DNA of 6,795 nucleotides from a plasmid: the NCBI RefSeq assembly GCF_053078305.1, contig NZ_CP166876.1; one strand, written 5' to 3'. Position 1 is the stretch's first letter. Each line of letters starts with the position of its first letter. Below, in pieces: positions 1 through 6,477 of this stretch. Position numbers and translations under genes: made by a program. Under the pieces are notes generated by a model, which made no database searches, was not told the origin of the DNA, and saw only the letters and a list, made by a program, of their open reading frames with translations.

Positions 1-915
1 ATGAGCGCCGCGCTTCAATACTTCGAAGAAAATTTACCTCATCGTCCCTATCACACGGATGATCTCGCTTTCGGCCTTCGCATCTCCGGCAAAGGGCGCG
101 CTCTTCTTGCGCGCTACATCCAGCAGAACCAGCCACATGCGCAGTTCTGGCTGGTTTTTGACATTGACCGCGAGGGGGCTGCGATTGACTGGAGCGACCG
201 GAACGCTCCCGCGCCGAACATCACCGTAAAAAATCCTGTGAACGGTCATGCTCACCTGCTCTACGCGCTCAATATCGCCGTGAGAACCGCGCCGGACAGC
301 TCGGTTAAGGCGCTGAAATACGCCGCTGCGATTGAACGTTCGCTGTGTGAGAAACTTTGTGCTGATGTGAACTACAGCGGACTGATTTGCAAAAACCCGT
401 TCCACCTGGAATGGCAGGTGATGGAGTGGCGAGAGGAAGCCTATACCCTCGATGAACTGGCTGATTATCTCGATTTGAGTGCCTCAGCGCGCCGTAGCAT
501 CGATAAACATTACGGGATGGGGCGAAACTGCCACCTGTTCGAAATGACGCGCAAATGGGCTTACAGGGCGATTCGTCAGGGCTGGCCAGCATTCTCACAG
601 TGGCTTGATGCTGTGATTCAGCGTGTCGAAATGTACAACGCATCGCTTCCCGTTCCGCTTTCTCAGGCTGAATGTCGGGCTATTGGCAAGAGTATTGCGA
701 AATACACGCACAGGAACTTCACGCCGGAAACTTTCGCACAGTATGTGGCTGATACGCACACGCCAGAAATTCAGGCTACACGCGGTCGCAAGGGCGGTTC
801 TAAGTCTAAGCGCGGCACAGTAGCTACATCAGCACGCACGCTGAAACCTTGGGAGAAATTAGGGATCAGTCGCGCCTGGTATTACCAACTGAAAAAACGA
901 GGTCTCGTAGAGTAG
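1..915 (+). CDS. rep: ColE2-type plasmid replication initiator Rep (plasmid-specific primase)
   Basis: 304-aa ORF starting at window position 1. The N-terminus (MSAALQYFEENLPHRPY...QQNQPHAQFWLVFDIDREGAA...NITVKNPVNGHAHLLYAL) matches what I remember of ColE2/ColE3 Rep proteins, and its size is typical of them. A ColE2-like origin lies directly 3' of the stop codon, as in that family. Confidence 0.88.
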   Translation: MSAALQYFEENLPHRPYHTDDLAFGLRISGKGRALLARYIQQNQPHAQFWLVFDIDREGAAIDWSDRNAPAPNITVKNPVNGHAHLLYALNIAVRTAPDSSVKALKYAAAIERSLCEKLCADVNYSGLICKNPFHLEWQVMEWREEAYTLDELADYLDLSASARRSIDKHYGMGRNCHLFEMTRKWAYRAIRQGWPAFSQWLDAVIQRVEMYNASLPVPLSQAECRAIGKSIAKYTHRNFTPETFAQYVADTHTPEIQATRGRKGGSKSKRGTVATSARTLKPWEKLGISRAWYYQLKKRGLVE

Positions 916-965
916 ACCAAATAAGCCTATATCAGATAACAGCGCCTTTTTGGCGTCTTTTTGAG
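916..965 (+). other. ColE2-type replication origin (Rep binding and primer synthesis site)
   Basis: The sequence 'accaaataagcctatatcagataacagcgcctttttggcgtctttttgag' begins right after the rep stop codon. It closely resembles the ColE2/ColE3 minimal origin as I recall it (AGATAAGCC..TATCAGATAACAGCGCC), and the position immediately downstream of rep is the family arrangement. Exact boundaries are approximate. Confidence 0.6.
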
Positions 966-1038
966 CAGCTTGGTTTGTTGCTATTTCCCTCGTTGAATCC
1001 CGCAATGGCGCGGCTTTCCGCATGATTGAGGTGGTAGC

Positions 1039-1095
1039 GCTCGCCGCAGTCTCATGACCGAGCGTAGCGAGCGAATGAGCGAGGAAGCGCAAAGG
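1039..1095 (+). other. Putative single-strand initiation / primosome assembly site (ColE1/pMB1-like segment)
   Basis: The segment 'gctcgccgcagtctcatgaccgagcgtagcgagcgaatgagcgaggaagcgcaaagg' is about 75% identical, by eye, to the pMB1/pBR322 segment GCTCGCCGCAGCCGAACGACCGAGCGCAGCGAGTCAGTGAGCGAGGAAGCGGAAGAGCG. In ColE1-type plasmids that segment lies just downstream of ori in the region of the primosome assembly sites. Here it is in the same orientation and about 100 bp downstream of the ColE2-type ori. Function is inferred, not demonstrated. Confidence 0.4.
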
Positions 1096-1139
1096 TGTCG
1101 GTGGTGCATGTGGCACTTACGCGCCGGGGTTTCTCCGTT

Positions 1140-1406
1140 CTACGGTTTCGCAGGTGGTTTGGGTAGCTTCTCCAGCTCGTTAATCAGCGGTTGTATCCGG
1201 TTCACATCGGCCTGTCTTGTGACTTCCTTTCGCAGGAACTGGAGCAGGAACGCACGCAGTTGCGCCTCTTCCGGCCTCCGTACCCTCGCCAGCATGGCAG
1301 CCCCCACAATGACTTTTTGCGCCGTGTCCAGGCTCCGGCTCTTCGCCTTCAGGCGCTGTAATCTGGCCTCAGCTTCGGCAATCTTCTGTTCGAGTGTTCT
1401 GCTCAT
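1140..1406 (-). CDS. Mobilisation accessory protein, MobC-like
   Basis: 88-aa minus-strand ORF (MSRTLEQKIAEAEARLQRLKAKSRSL..KVIVGAAMLARV..) with a GGAG ribosome-binding site about 8 nt upstream of the ATG. It is divergent from the relaxase gene with the candidate oriT between them, which is the RSF1010 mobC-oriT-mobA arrangement. The basic, coiled N-terminus and the KV(I/L)VGA motif resemble RSF1010 MobC as I recall it. Confidence 0.65.
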   Translation of the reverse strand: MSRTLEQKIAEAEARLQRLKAKSRSLDTAQKVIVGAAMLARVRRPEEAQLRAFLLQFLRKEVTRQADVNRIQPLINELEKLPKPPAKP

Positions 1407-1489
1407 TTTGTGACTCCGTGCGCGGTGAAAAATCGCATTTTAGCGCGTCACTGGTAGTTGCAAAACCGAACTGGCATAATGCACGGCAC

Positions 1490-1545
1490 ATCACGAAGTG
1501 CGCACTTATACAATCTCCACTTCGTTTCGATTGTGTGCGCCCTGC
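1490..1545 (+). other. Candidate origin of transfer (oriT) with MOBQ-type nick region
   Basis: It lies in the intergenic region between the divergent mobC-like and mobA genes. It contains a perfect 12-bp palindrome 'aagtgcgcactt' (1496-1507), an inverted repeat 'acgaagtg' (1493-1500) / 'cacttcg' (1518-1524), and 'gtgcgccct' (1535-1543), which matches the RSF1010/R1162 nick region (TAAGTGCG/CCCT). The inferred nick is between 1539 and 1540. Confidence 0.5.
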
Positions 1546-1584
1546 GGGGCTGAAAGAAAACGGCAAAAAGGCATTACGGCAGAA

Positions 1585-3804
1585 ATGGCGATTTATCATC
1601 TCAGCATGAAAATCATTTCGCGAAAAAACGGCTACAGTGCCGTTGCTTCTGCTGCCTACCGTTCCGGCTCTGTCATACCCGATGACCGTACCGGATTAAC
1701 CCACGATTACACCCGTAAACGCGGCGTTGATGATGCGGTCATTCTCACCCCTGCGAATGCACCGTCCTGGTGTGGTGACCGTTCCGTTCTCTGGAATGCG
1801 GTCGAGAAAGCCGAACAGCGCCGGAACTCCCAGCTGGCAAGGGAGATTGAACTCGCCATTCCCCGTGAGATTTCCCGCGAGGCCGCACGGGAGACCGTTC
1901 TCGCTTTTGTCCGGGAAAACTTTGTCAGTCGGGGCATGATTGCCGATGTGGCGTTCCATCACATGGACCGGACCAATCCCCATGCGCACATCATGCTGAC
2001 CACGAGAGCTGTCGGGGAAACGGGATTCGCAGGAAAGGTCAGGGACTGGAACGACCGGGCACTCGCCGAGACGTGGCGCGCATCATGGGCTGACCATGCG
2101 AATAGAGCGCTTGCGAACGCCGGCTACCAGGAAGAGATAGACCATCGTTCATACGAGCGTCAGGGACTGGAGAAAGCGCCGGGCCTTCACCTCGGAAAGG
2201 CTGCCTGTGCGATGGAAAAACGGGGAATGGAAACAGAACGCGGTGAGCAGAACCGTCTGATTAACAGCCTTAACCTGGAAATACAGGTTTCCCGCACGCA
2301 GCTTGCTCTCAGGACGGTTCAGGAAGCGCAGCGTAAGCGGGAACTCAGCGATGCTGCACGTCGTGCAGCGGAAGCCCTTAACCTGACCATTCCCGCTGCG
2401 AATGCCTCAGCGGATACCCTGCGGGAATTCATTGCCACGCTGCCGCAGGAATGCGGGAACGCGTGGGAGATGACCCCGGAGTTCCTGGCGATGAGCGGGA
2501 AGGTGAACGACATCGAACGTGAGGGGAATGCGCTGCTGAAAGAGCAGGCCATTCTCGAAAAGGAGATGACCGGACTCAAAAAAGCACGCCCTGTCGCGTC
2601 CCTTCTGTCAGAGATTCCCCTGATGACATGGGCTGAACCGGAATACCGCAAAAGACAACTCCGTTTCTGGAAACTCGGGAAACAGATTGAATCTCTTCGC
2701 CGCACCTACAGGGCCGTGAAAGAACGGGACATTCCCGCCCGTCGTCAGGCCTTTGAAACGCAGTGGAATACGTGGATTGCGCCGGGAATGGCAGAGCTGA
2801 AAGAAAAACTGTCAGCACGGGAAGCGGAGCGGCGCAGGGAGGAAGCCGAAGCGGAAGCGCGCCGGAAGGAACAGGAGCATGAGGCGCGGCTGAAACGTCA
2901 TGATAACCACCGTCTGAGCCGTGAAACGGCATTAGTCGGGGTTATTACGGAGCTGGGGCGTGCCAGAGAGCCGGGAACGGGCAGGATAACCCGCTACATG
3001 ATGCTGAGTAACAGGGCCGGAGAATTCACGGTATGGGGTGATGAGCTGGCGCATTACCCCCGGAGTGTTCATGACCCGGTGAATGTTTATCTGTCGCCTG
3101 GCGGGGCTGTGATGGTCACGGATATACACGCAGGGCGGCCTGAATCTCATGAGACAATGGCGCGGCCTGAGCGTGTGAGAATGTATTCCGGTGCGACGGT
3201 CCGGCATGTACTGGAACAGATGCGCCAGGGGTGGCCCTCTTACGGTTTTCCGGCGCTGCCGCATCACTGGCCGGATAATTTTTATTTCAGCAACGACCGC
3301 AGGCCCGTAGCCTCTCCGCTACCGTCAGCGCACCGGGTGGATATCACCGCTGATGCGGCACCGGAACAACTCATGCCTGTTGTATTTTCGAGAGAGGGAA
3401 ACAGCAGGACGCTGAATCTGTTGTTGTGCAAAGGGCCGGAGGAAATGCTTGTCGGGTTTGTTCGCCGGGAAGGAGGGTTTTGCCCCGTTCTTGTGCTTCC
3501 GTCGCCGGATTACAGTCATCTGATGGTCAGCACCATCACGGAGAACGGGGTATGCCTGGCAGGTTACGGAGAAGCTATAAACCATGATGAGGATACTCCG
3601 TACCCACCGGAACCGCACCTGATGCAGTTCCGGCTCAAAGGCCATCATGACAGGCTTTTGGCTGCTGTCCACAAACCGGAAGAGATGCCGGATTATCTCT
3701 TCCGTCAACTCGGTTTTAATCAGACCTGGCATGAGTGGAAGCGGGACGAACAGCACAGGCAACAACAACGCCGCCCCGGGCACTTCCGGGGCATGAGTAT
3801 GTGA
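1585..3804 (+). CDS. mobA: Mobilisation relaxase, MobA/MobL family (MOBQ-like), with long C-terminal extension
   Basis: The N-terminus MAIYHLSMKIISRKNGYSAVASAAYRSG is the conserved MobA/MobL start, with a tyrosine at residue 25 (codon 1657-1659), the same position as the catalytic Tyr25 of RSF1010 MobA. A histidine-triad motif HHMDRTNPHAHIM sits around 1957-1995. The start is set at the in-frame ATG at 1585; the six-frame ORF begins at 1498 but that upstream stretch overlaps the oriT and lacks the family N-terminus. About 440 residues follow the relaxase domain. Confidence 0.88.
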   Translation: MAIYHLSMKIISRKNGYSAVASAAYRSGSVIPDDRTGLTHDYTRKRGVDDAVILTPANAPSWCGDRSVLWNAVEKAEQRRNSQLAREIELAIPREISREAARETVLAFVRENFVSRGMIADVAFHHMDRTNPHAHIMLTTRAVGETGFAGKVRDWNDRALAETWRASWADHANRALANAGYQEEIDHRSYERQGLEKAPGLHLGKAACAMEKRGMETERGEQNRLINSLNLEIQVSRTQLALRTVQEAQRKRELSDAARRAAEALNLTIPAANASADTLREFIATLPQECGNAWEMTPEFLAMSGKVNDIEREGNALLKEQAILEKEMTGLKKARPVASLLSEIPLMTWAEPEYRKRQLRFWKLGKQIESLRRTYRAVKERDIPARRQAFETQWNTWIAPGMAELKEKLSAREAERRREEAEAEARRKEQEHEARLKRHDNHRLSRETALVGVITELGRAREPGTGRITRYMMLSNRAGEFTVWGDELAHYPRSVHDPVNVYLSPGGAVMVTDIHAGRPESHETMARPERVRMYSGATVRHVLEQMRQGWPSYGFPALPHHWPDNFYFSNDRRPVASPLPSAHRVDITADAAPEQLMPVVFSREGNSRTLNLLLCKGPEEMLVGFVRREGGFCPVLVLPSPDYSHLMVSTITENGVCLAGYGEAINHDEDTPYPPEPHLMQFRLKGHHDRLLAAVHKPEEMPDYLFRQLGFNQTWHEWKRDEQHRQQQRRPGHFRGMSM

Positions 3805-3842
3805 TATCCGGGGCTGCACCTCGGACCCCGCCAACACATCAC

Positions 3843-3866
3843 GGGCCACAAAATTTTTTGTGGCCC
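3843..3866. terminator. GC-rich hairpin downstream of mobA (possible terminator)
   Basis: Palindrome 'gggccac aaaatttttt gtggccc' has a 7-bp GC-rich stem with an A/T loop, located 39 bp after the mobA stop. There is no clean T-run after the stem, so terminator function is uncertain. Confidence 0.35.
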
Positions 3867-3923
3867 GCTCTGCGTTTTCTAAGTGTTATCCCTCCTGATT
3901 TCTAAAAAATTTTCCACCTGAAC

Positions 3924-3952
3924 TTGACAGAAAAAACGATGACGGGTACTTT
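3924..3952 (+). promoter_or_regulatory. Putative colicin promoter (-35 TTGACA; -10 region uncertain)
   Basis: A perfect -35 hexamer 'ttgaca' at 3924-3929 lies upstream of the LexA boxes and about 110 bp upstream of the colicin ATG. The best -10 candidate about 17 bp downstream ('tacttt', 3947-3952) is weak, so exact promoter elements are uncertain. Confidence 0.5.
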
Positions 3953-3957
3953 TTGAT

Positions 3958-3988
3958 CTGTACATAAAACCAGTGGTTTTATGTACAG
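3958..3988 (+). promoter_or_regulatory. Overlapping dual LexA (SOS) boxes of a colicin operon
   Basis: The sequence 'ctgtacataaaaccagtggttttatgtacag' contains a first box CTGTACATAAAACCAG (3958-3973) and a second box overlapping its last base and ending in ACAG at 3988. This is the characteristic tandem overlapping SOS operator found upstream of colicin genes (CTGT-N8-ACAG type). Confidence 0.9.
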
Positions 3989-4036
3989 TATTAATCATGT
4001 AATTAATTGTTTTAACGCTTAAAAGAGGGAATTTTT

Positions 4037-5707
4037 ATGAGCGGTGGCGATGGACGCGGCCATAACACGGGCGCGCATAGCACAAGTGGTAACATTAATG
4101 GTGGCCCGACCGGGCTTGGTGTAGGTGGTGGTGCTTCTGATGGCTCCGGATGGAGTTCGGAAAATAACCCGTGGGGTGGTGGTTCCGGTAGCGGCATTCA
4201 CTGGGGTGGTGGTTCCGGTCATGGTAATGGCGGGGGGAATGGTAATTCCGGTGGTGGTTCGGGAACAGGCGGTAATCTGTCAGCAGTAGCTGCGCCAGTG
4301 GCATTTGGTTTTCCGGCACTTTCCACTCCAGGAGCTGGCGGTCTGGCGGTCAGTATTTCAGCGGGAGCATTATCGGCAGCTATTGCTGATATTATGGCTG
4401 CCCTGAAAGGACCGTTTAAATTTGGTCTTTGGGGGGTGGCTTTATATGGTGTATTGCCATCACAAATAGCGAAAGATGACCCCAATATGATGTCAAAGAT
4501 TGTGACGTCATTACCCGCAGATGATATTACTGAATCACCTGTCAGTTCATTACCTCTCGATAAGGCAACAGTAAACGTAAATGTTCGTGTTGTTGATGAT
4601 GTAAAAGACGAACGACAGAATATTTCGGTTGTTTCAGGTGTTCCGATGAGTGTTCCGGTGGTTGATGCAAAACCTACCGAACGTCCAGGTGTTTTTACGG
4701 CATCAATTCCAGGTGCACCTGTTCTGAATATTTCAGTTAATAACAGTACGCCAGCAGTACAGACATTAAGCCCAGGTGTTACAAATAATACTGATAAGGA
4801 TGTTCGCCCGGCAGGATTTACTCAGGGGGGTAATACCAGGGATGCAGTTATTCGATTCCCGAAGGACAGCGGTCATAATGCCGTATATGTTTCAGTGAGT
4901 GATGTTCTTAGCCCTGACCAGGTAAAACAACGTCAGGATGAAGAAAATCGCCGTCAGCAGGAATGGGATGCTACGCATCCGGTTGAAGCGGCTGAGCGAA
5001 ATTATGAACGCGCGCGTGCAGAGCTGAATCAGGCAAATGAAGATGTTGCCAGAAATCAGGAGCGACAGGCTAAAGCTGTTCAGGTTTATAATTCGCGTAA
5101 AAGCGAACTTGATGCAGCGAATAAAACTCTTGCTGATGCAATAGCTGAAATAAAACAATTTGAACGATTTGCACATGACCCAATGGCTGGCGGTCACAGA
5201 ATGTGGCAAATGGCCGGGCTTAAAGCTCAGCGGGCGCAGACGGATGTAAATAATAAGCAGGCTGCATTTGATGCTGCTGCAAAAGAGAAGGCAGATGCTG
5301 ATGCTGCATTAAGTACTGCGATGGAAAGCAGGAAGAAGAAAGAGGATAATAAAAGAGATGCTGAAGGCAAACTAAATGATGAGTTAGCAAAAAATAAAGG
5401 AAAGATACCAGGTCTAAAAATAGATCAGAAAATTAGGGGACAAATGCCAGAAAGAGGATGGACAGAGGATGATATCAAAAATACCGTATCTAACGGTGCA
5501 ACTGGTACATCTTTTGATAAGCGTAGTCCGAAGAAAACACCTCCAGACTATTTAGGTCGAAATGATCCAGCAACAGTGTATGGTTCTCCTGGTAAATATG
5601 TTGTTGTCAATGATCGTACTGGTGAGGTTACTCAGATTAGTGATAAGACAGATCCGGGTTGGGTGGACGATTCGAGAATTCAATGGGGAAATAAAAATGA
5701 CCAATAA
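4037..5707 (+). CDS. cea: E-group colicin (BtuB/Tol-dependent); C-terminal cytotoxic domain most consistent with E5-type anticodon tRNase
   Basis: 556-aa ORF with an AGAGGG ribosome-binding site upstream. The glycine-rich N-terminal translocation domain carries the TolB box DGSGW at residues 35-39 (nt 4139-4153), as in colicins E2/E3/E9. The central region is the long coiled-coil receptor-binding domain typical of E colicins. The C-terminal ~105 residues (KIPGLKIDQKIRGQMPERGW...WGNKNDQ) have no HNH motif and no histidine, which argues against the E2/E7/E8/E9 DNases; I do not recognise it as the E3 rRNase either, and it fits my recollection of the histidine-free E5 tRNase domain. It is preceded by the SOS operator and followed by immunity and lysis genes. 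Confidence 0.93.
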   Translation: MSGGDGRGHNTGAHSTSGNINGGPTGLGVGGGASDGSGWSSENNPWGGGSGSGIHWGGGSGHGNGGGNGNSGGGSGTGGNLSAVAAPVAFGFPALSTPGAGGLAVSISAGALSAAIADIMAALKGPFKFGLWGVALYGVLPSQIAKDDPNMMSKIVTSLPADDITESPVSSLPLDKATVNVNVRVVDDVKDERQNISVVSGVPMSVPVVDAKPTERPGVFTASIPGAPVLNISVNNSTPAVQTLSPGVTNNTDKDVRPAGFTQGGNTRDAVIRFPKDSGHNAVYVSVSDVLSPDQVKQRQDEENRRQQEWDATHPVEAAERNYERARAELNQANEDVARNQERQAKAVQVYNSRKSELDAANKTLADAIAEIKQFERFAHDPMAGGHRMWQMAGLKAQRAQTDVNNKQAAFDAAAKEKADADAALSTAMESRKKKEDNKRDAEGKLNDELAKNKGKIPGLKIDQKIRGQMPERGWTEDDIKNTVSNGATGTSFDKRSPKKTPPDYLGRNDPATVYGSPGKYVVVNDRTGEVTQISDKTDPGWVDDSRIQWGNKNDQ

Positions 5708-6026
5708 ATTATTTGAACATACGGTGTTATATGATAGTGGTGATGCCTTTTTTGAATTAAAAGGAAATGCTTCTATGAAGTTATCACCAAAAGCTGCAAT
5801 AGAAGTTTGTAATGAAGCAGCGAAAAAAGGCTTATGGATTTTGGGCATTGATGGTGGGCATTGGCTGAATCCTGGATTCAGGATAGATAGTTCAGCATCA
5901 TGGACATATGATATGCCGGAGGAATACAAATCAAAAATCCCTGAAAATAATAGATTGGCTATTGAAAATATTAAAGATGATATTGAGAATGGATACACTG
6001 CTTTCATTATCACGTTAAAGATGTAA
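5697..6026 (+). CDS. Colicin immunity protein (cognate inhibitor of the C-terminal nuclease domain)
   Basis: 109-aa ORF (MTNKLFEHTVLYDSGDAFFELKGN...) whose ATG at 5697 overlaps the colicin stop codon (5705-5707), the typical translationally coupled position of nuclease-colicin immunity genes. The six-frame ORF begins at 5562, but that extension lies wholly inside the colicin reading frame and is rejected. The gene is AT-rich like the cytotoxic domain. Confidence 0.85.
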   Translation: MTNKLFEHTVLYDSGDAFFELKGNASMKLSPKAAIEVCNEAAKKGLWILGIDGGHWLNPGFRIDSSASWTYDMPEEYKSKIPENNRLAIENIKDDIENGYTAFIITLKM

Positions 6027-6123
6027 ATAGTGTTATAGAATTTTATGTTTCATGGATGATTTCAACCTTTGGATTTCAGGTTTTTATGGATGAATGCCTG
6101 AGTCCATATATACAAGGAACAGT

Positions 6124-6267
6124 ATGAAAAAAATAACATGGATTATTTTATTGCTTCTTGCAGCCATTATTCTTGCTGCATGTCAGGCAAACTATATCCG
6201 CGATGTTCAGGGCGGGACTGTATCCCCGTCATCCTCAGCTGAACTGACCGGATTAGCAACGCAGTAA
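6124..6267 (+). CDS. Colicin lysis / release lipoprotein (bacteriocin release protein)
   Basis: Translation by hand gives the 47-aa protein [47 protein letters not shown], with a lipoprotein signal peptide and lipobox LAAC. It is nearly identical to the E-group colicin lysis proteins as I recall them. It is absent from the ORF track because it is short. A ribosome-binding site 'aaggaa' lies upstream. Confidence 0.9.
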   Translation: MKKITWIILLLLAAIILAACQANYIRDVQGGTVSPSSSAELTGLATQ

Positions 6268-6294
6268 CCCGAAATCCTCTTTGACAAGAACAAA

Positions 6295-6327
6295 GCGTGT
6301 CAGGCTGATTCTGACGCGCTTTTTTTT
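6295..6327 (+). terminator. Rho-independent terminator of the colicin operon
   Basis: A 9-bp stem 'gcgtgtcag' (6295-6303) pairs with 'ctgacgcgc' (6311-6319), with one G-U pair and a 7-nt loop, and is followed by a run of 8 T (6320-6327). It lies 28 bp after the lysis gene stop. Confidence 0.8.
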
Positions 6328-6463
6328 GAAGTGTCACAAAAATTCCATGTGGGAGATGGGATCTAAAATCCCCGTGCAGAACTTTCCATCCAGGGGGAGA
6401 AAACTTGTCGTTTTGAGCCGTTCGGTGTTCAGAACGCACGAAACCGATCGTGCATCGCTTTCG

Positions 6464-6477
6464 TGCATAGTTATGCA
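6464..6477. promoter_or_regulatory. ARG-box-like palindrome (candidate ArgR accessory site of the cer-like locus)
   Basis: Palindrome 'tgcatagttatgca' resembles the ARG box half-sites (TGAAT/ATTCA with a symmetric A-to-C change) and is centred about 120 bp upstream of the XerCD core, close to the spacing in ColE1 cer. A direct repeat 'tcgtgcat' (6448-6455 and 6461-6468) flanks it. Confidence 0.35.

Noticed and set aside
34-1413. ORFs overlapping rep, ori or the mobC-like gene (34-405 minus, 305-643 minus, 623-823 plus, 859-1116 minus, 1054-1413 plus)
   Set aside because: They are antisense or alternate-frame to well-supported genes, or run across the origin/PAS region. No motifs or translation signals support them.
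1498-1584. N-terminal extension of the mobA ORF (MRTYTISTSFRLCAPCGAERKRQKGITAE...) from the first in-frame ATG
   Set aside because: It overlaps the candidate oriT and intergenic region, and the MobA/MobL family starts with MAIYHL, which here begins at 1585. The upstream residues look like translated non-coding sequence.
1696-3849. Minus-strand and off-frame ORFs inside mobA (1696-1989, 1707-1937, 1727-1939, 2319-2705, 2576-2932, 2932-3267, 3325-3849)
   Set aside because: All are antisense or frame-shifted within a well-supported relaxase gene, with Arg/Pro/Ser-rich composition typical of non-coding frames in GC-rich DNA and no recognisable motifs.
4037-4330. Glycine-rich repetitive region (GGGSGSG / GGGNGNSGGGSG) as a possible DNA repeat or CRISPR-like array
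   Set aside because: It is the coding low-complexity glycine-rich segment of the colicin translocation domain, not a spacer-repeat array. No CRISPR-type direct repeats are present anywhere in the window.
4012-5209. Minus-strand ORFs inside the colicin gene (4012-4197, 4019-4222, 4095-4319, 4219-4485, 4892-5209)
   Set aside because: They are antisense to the colicin gene. The Pro/His-rich products are the mirror image of the Gly-rich translocation domain, which is a coding artefact.
5562-5696. N-terminal extension of the immunity ORF (MIQQQCMVLLVNMLL...)
   Set aside because: It lies entirely inside the colicin reading frame. The ATG at 5697, overlapping the colicin stop, is the canonical translationally coupled start.
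5552-6013. 153-aa minus-strand ORF antisense to the immunity gene
   Set aside because: It fully overlaps the immunity gene and the colicin 3' end on the opposite strand. It is AT-rich and hydrophobic with low complexity, and there is no ribosome-binding site or operon logic.
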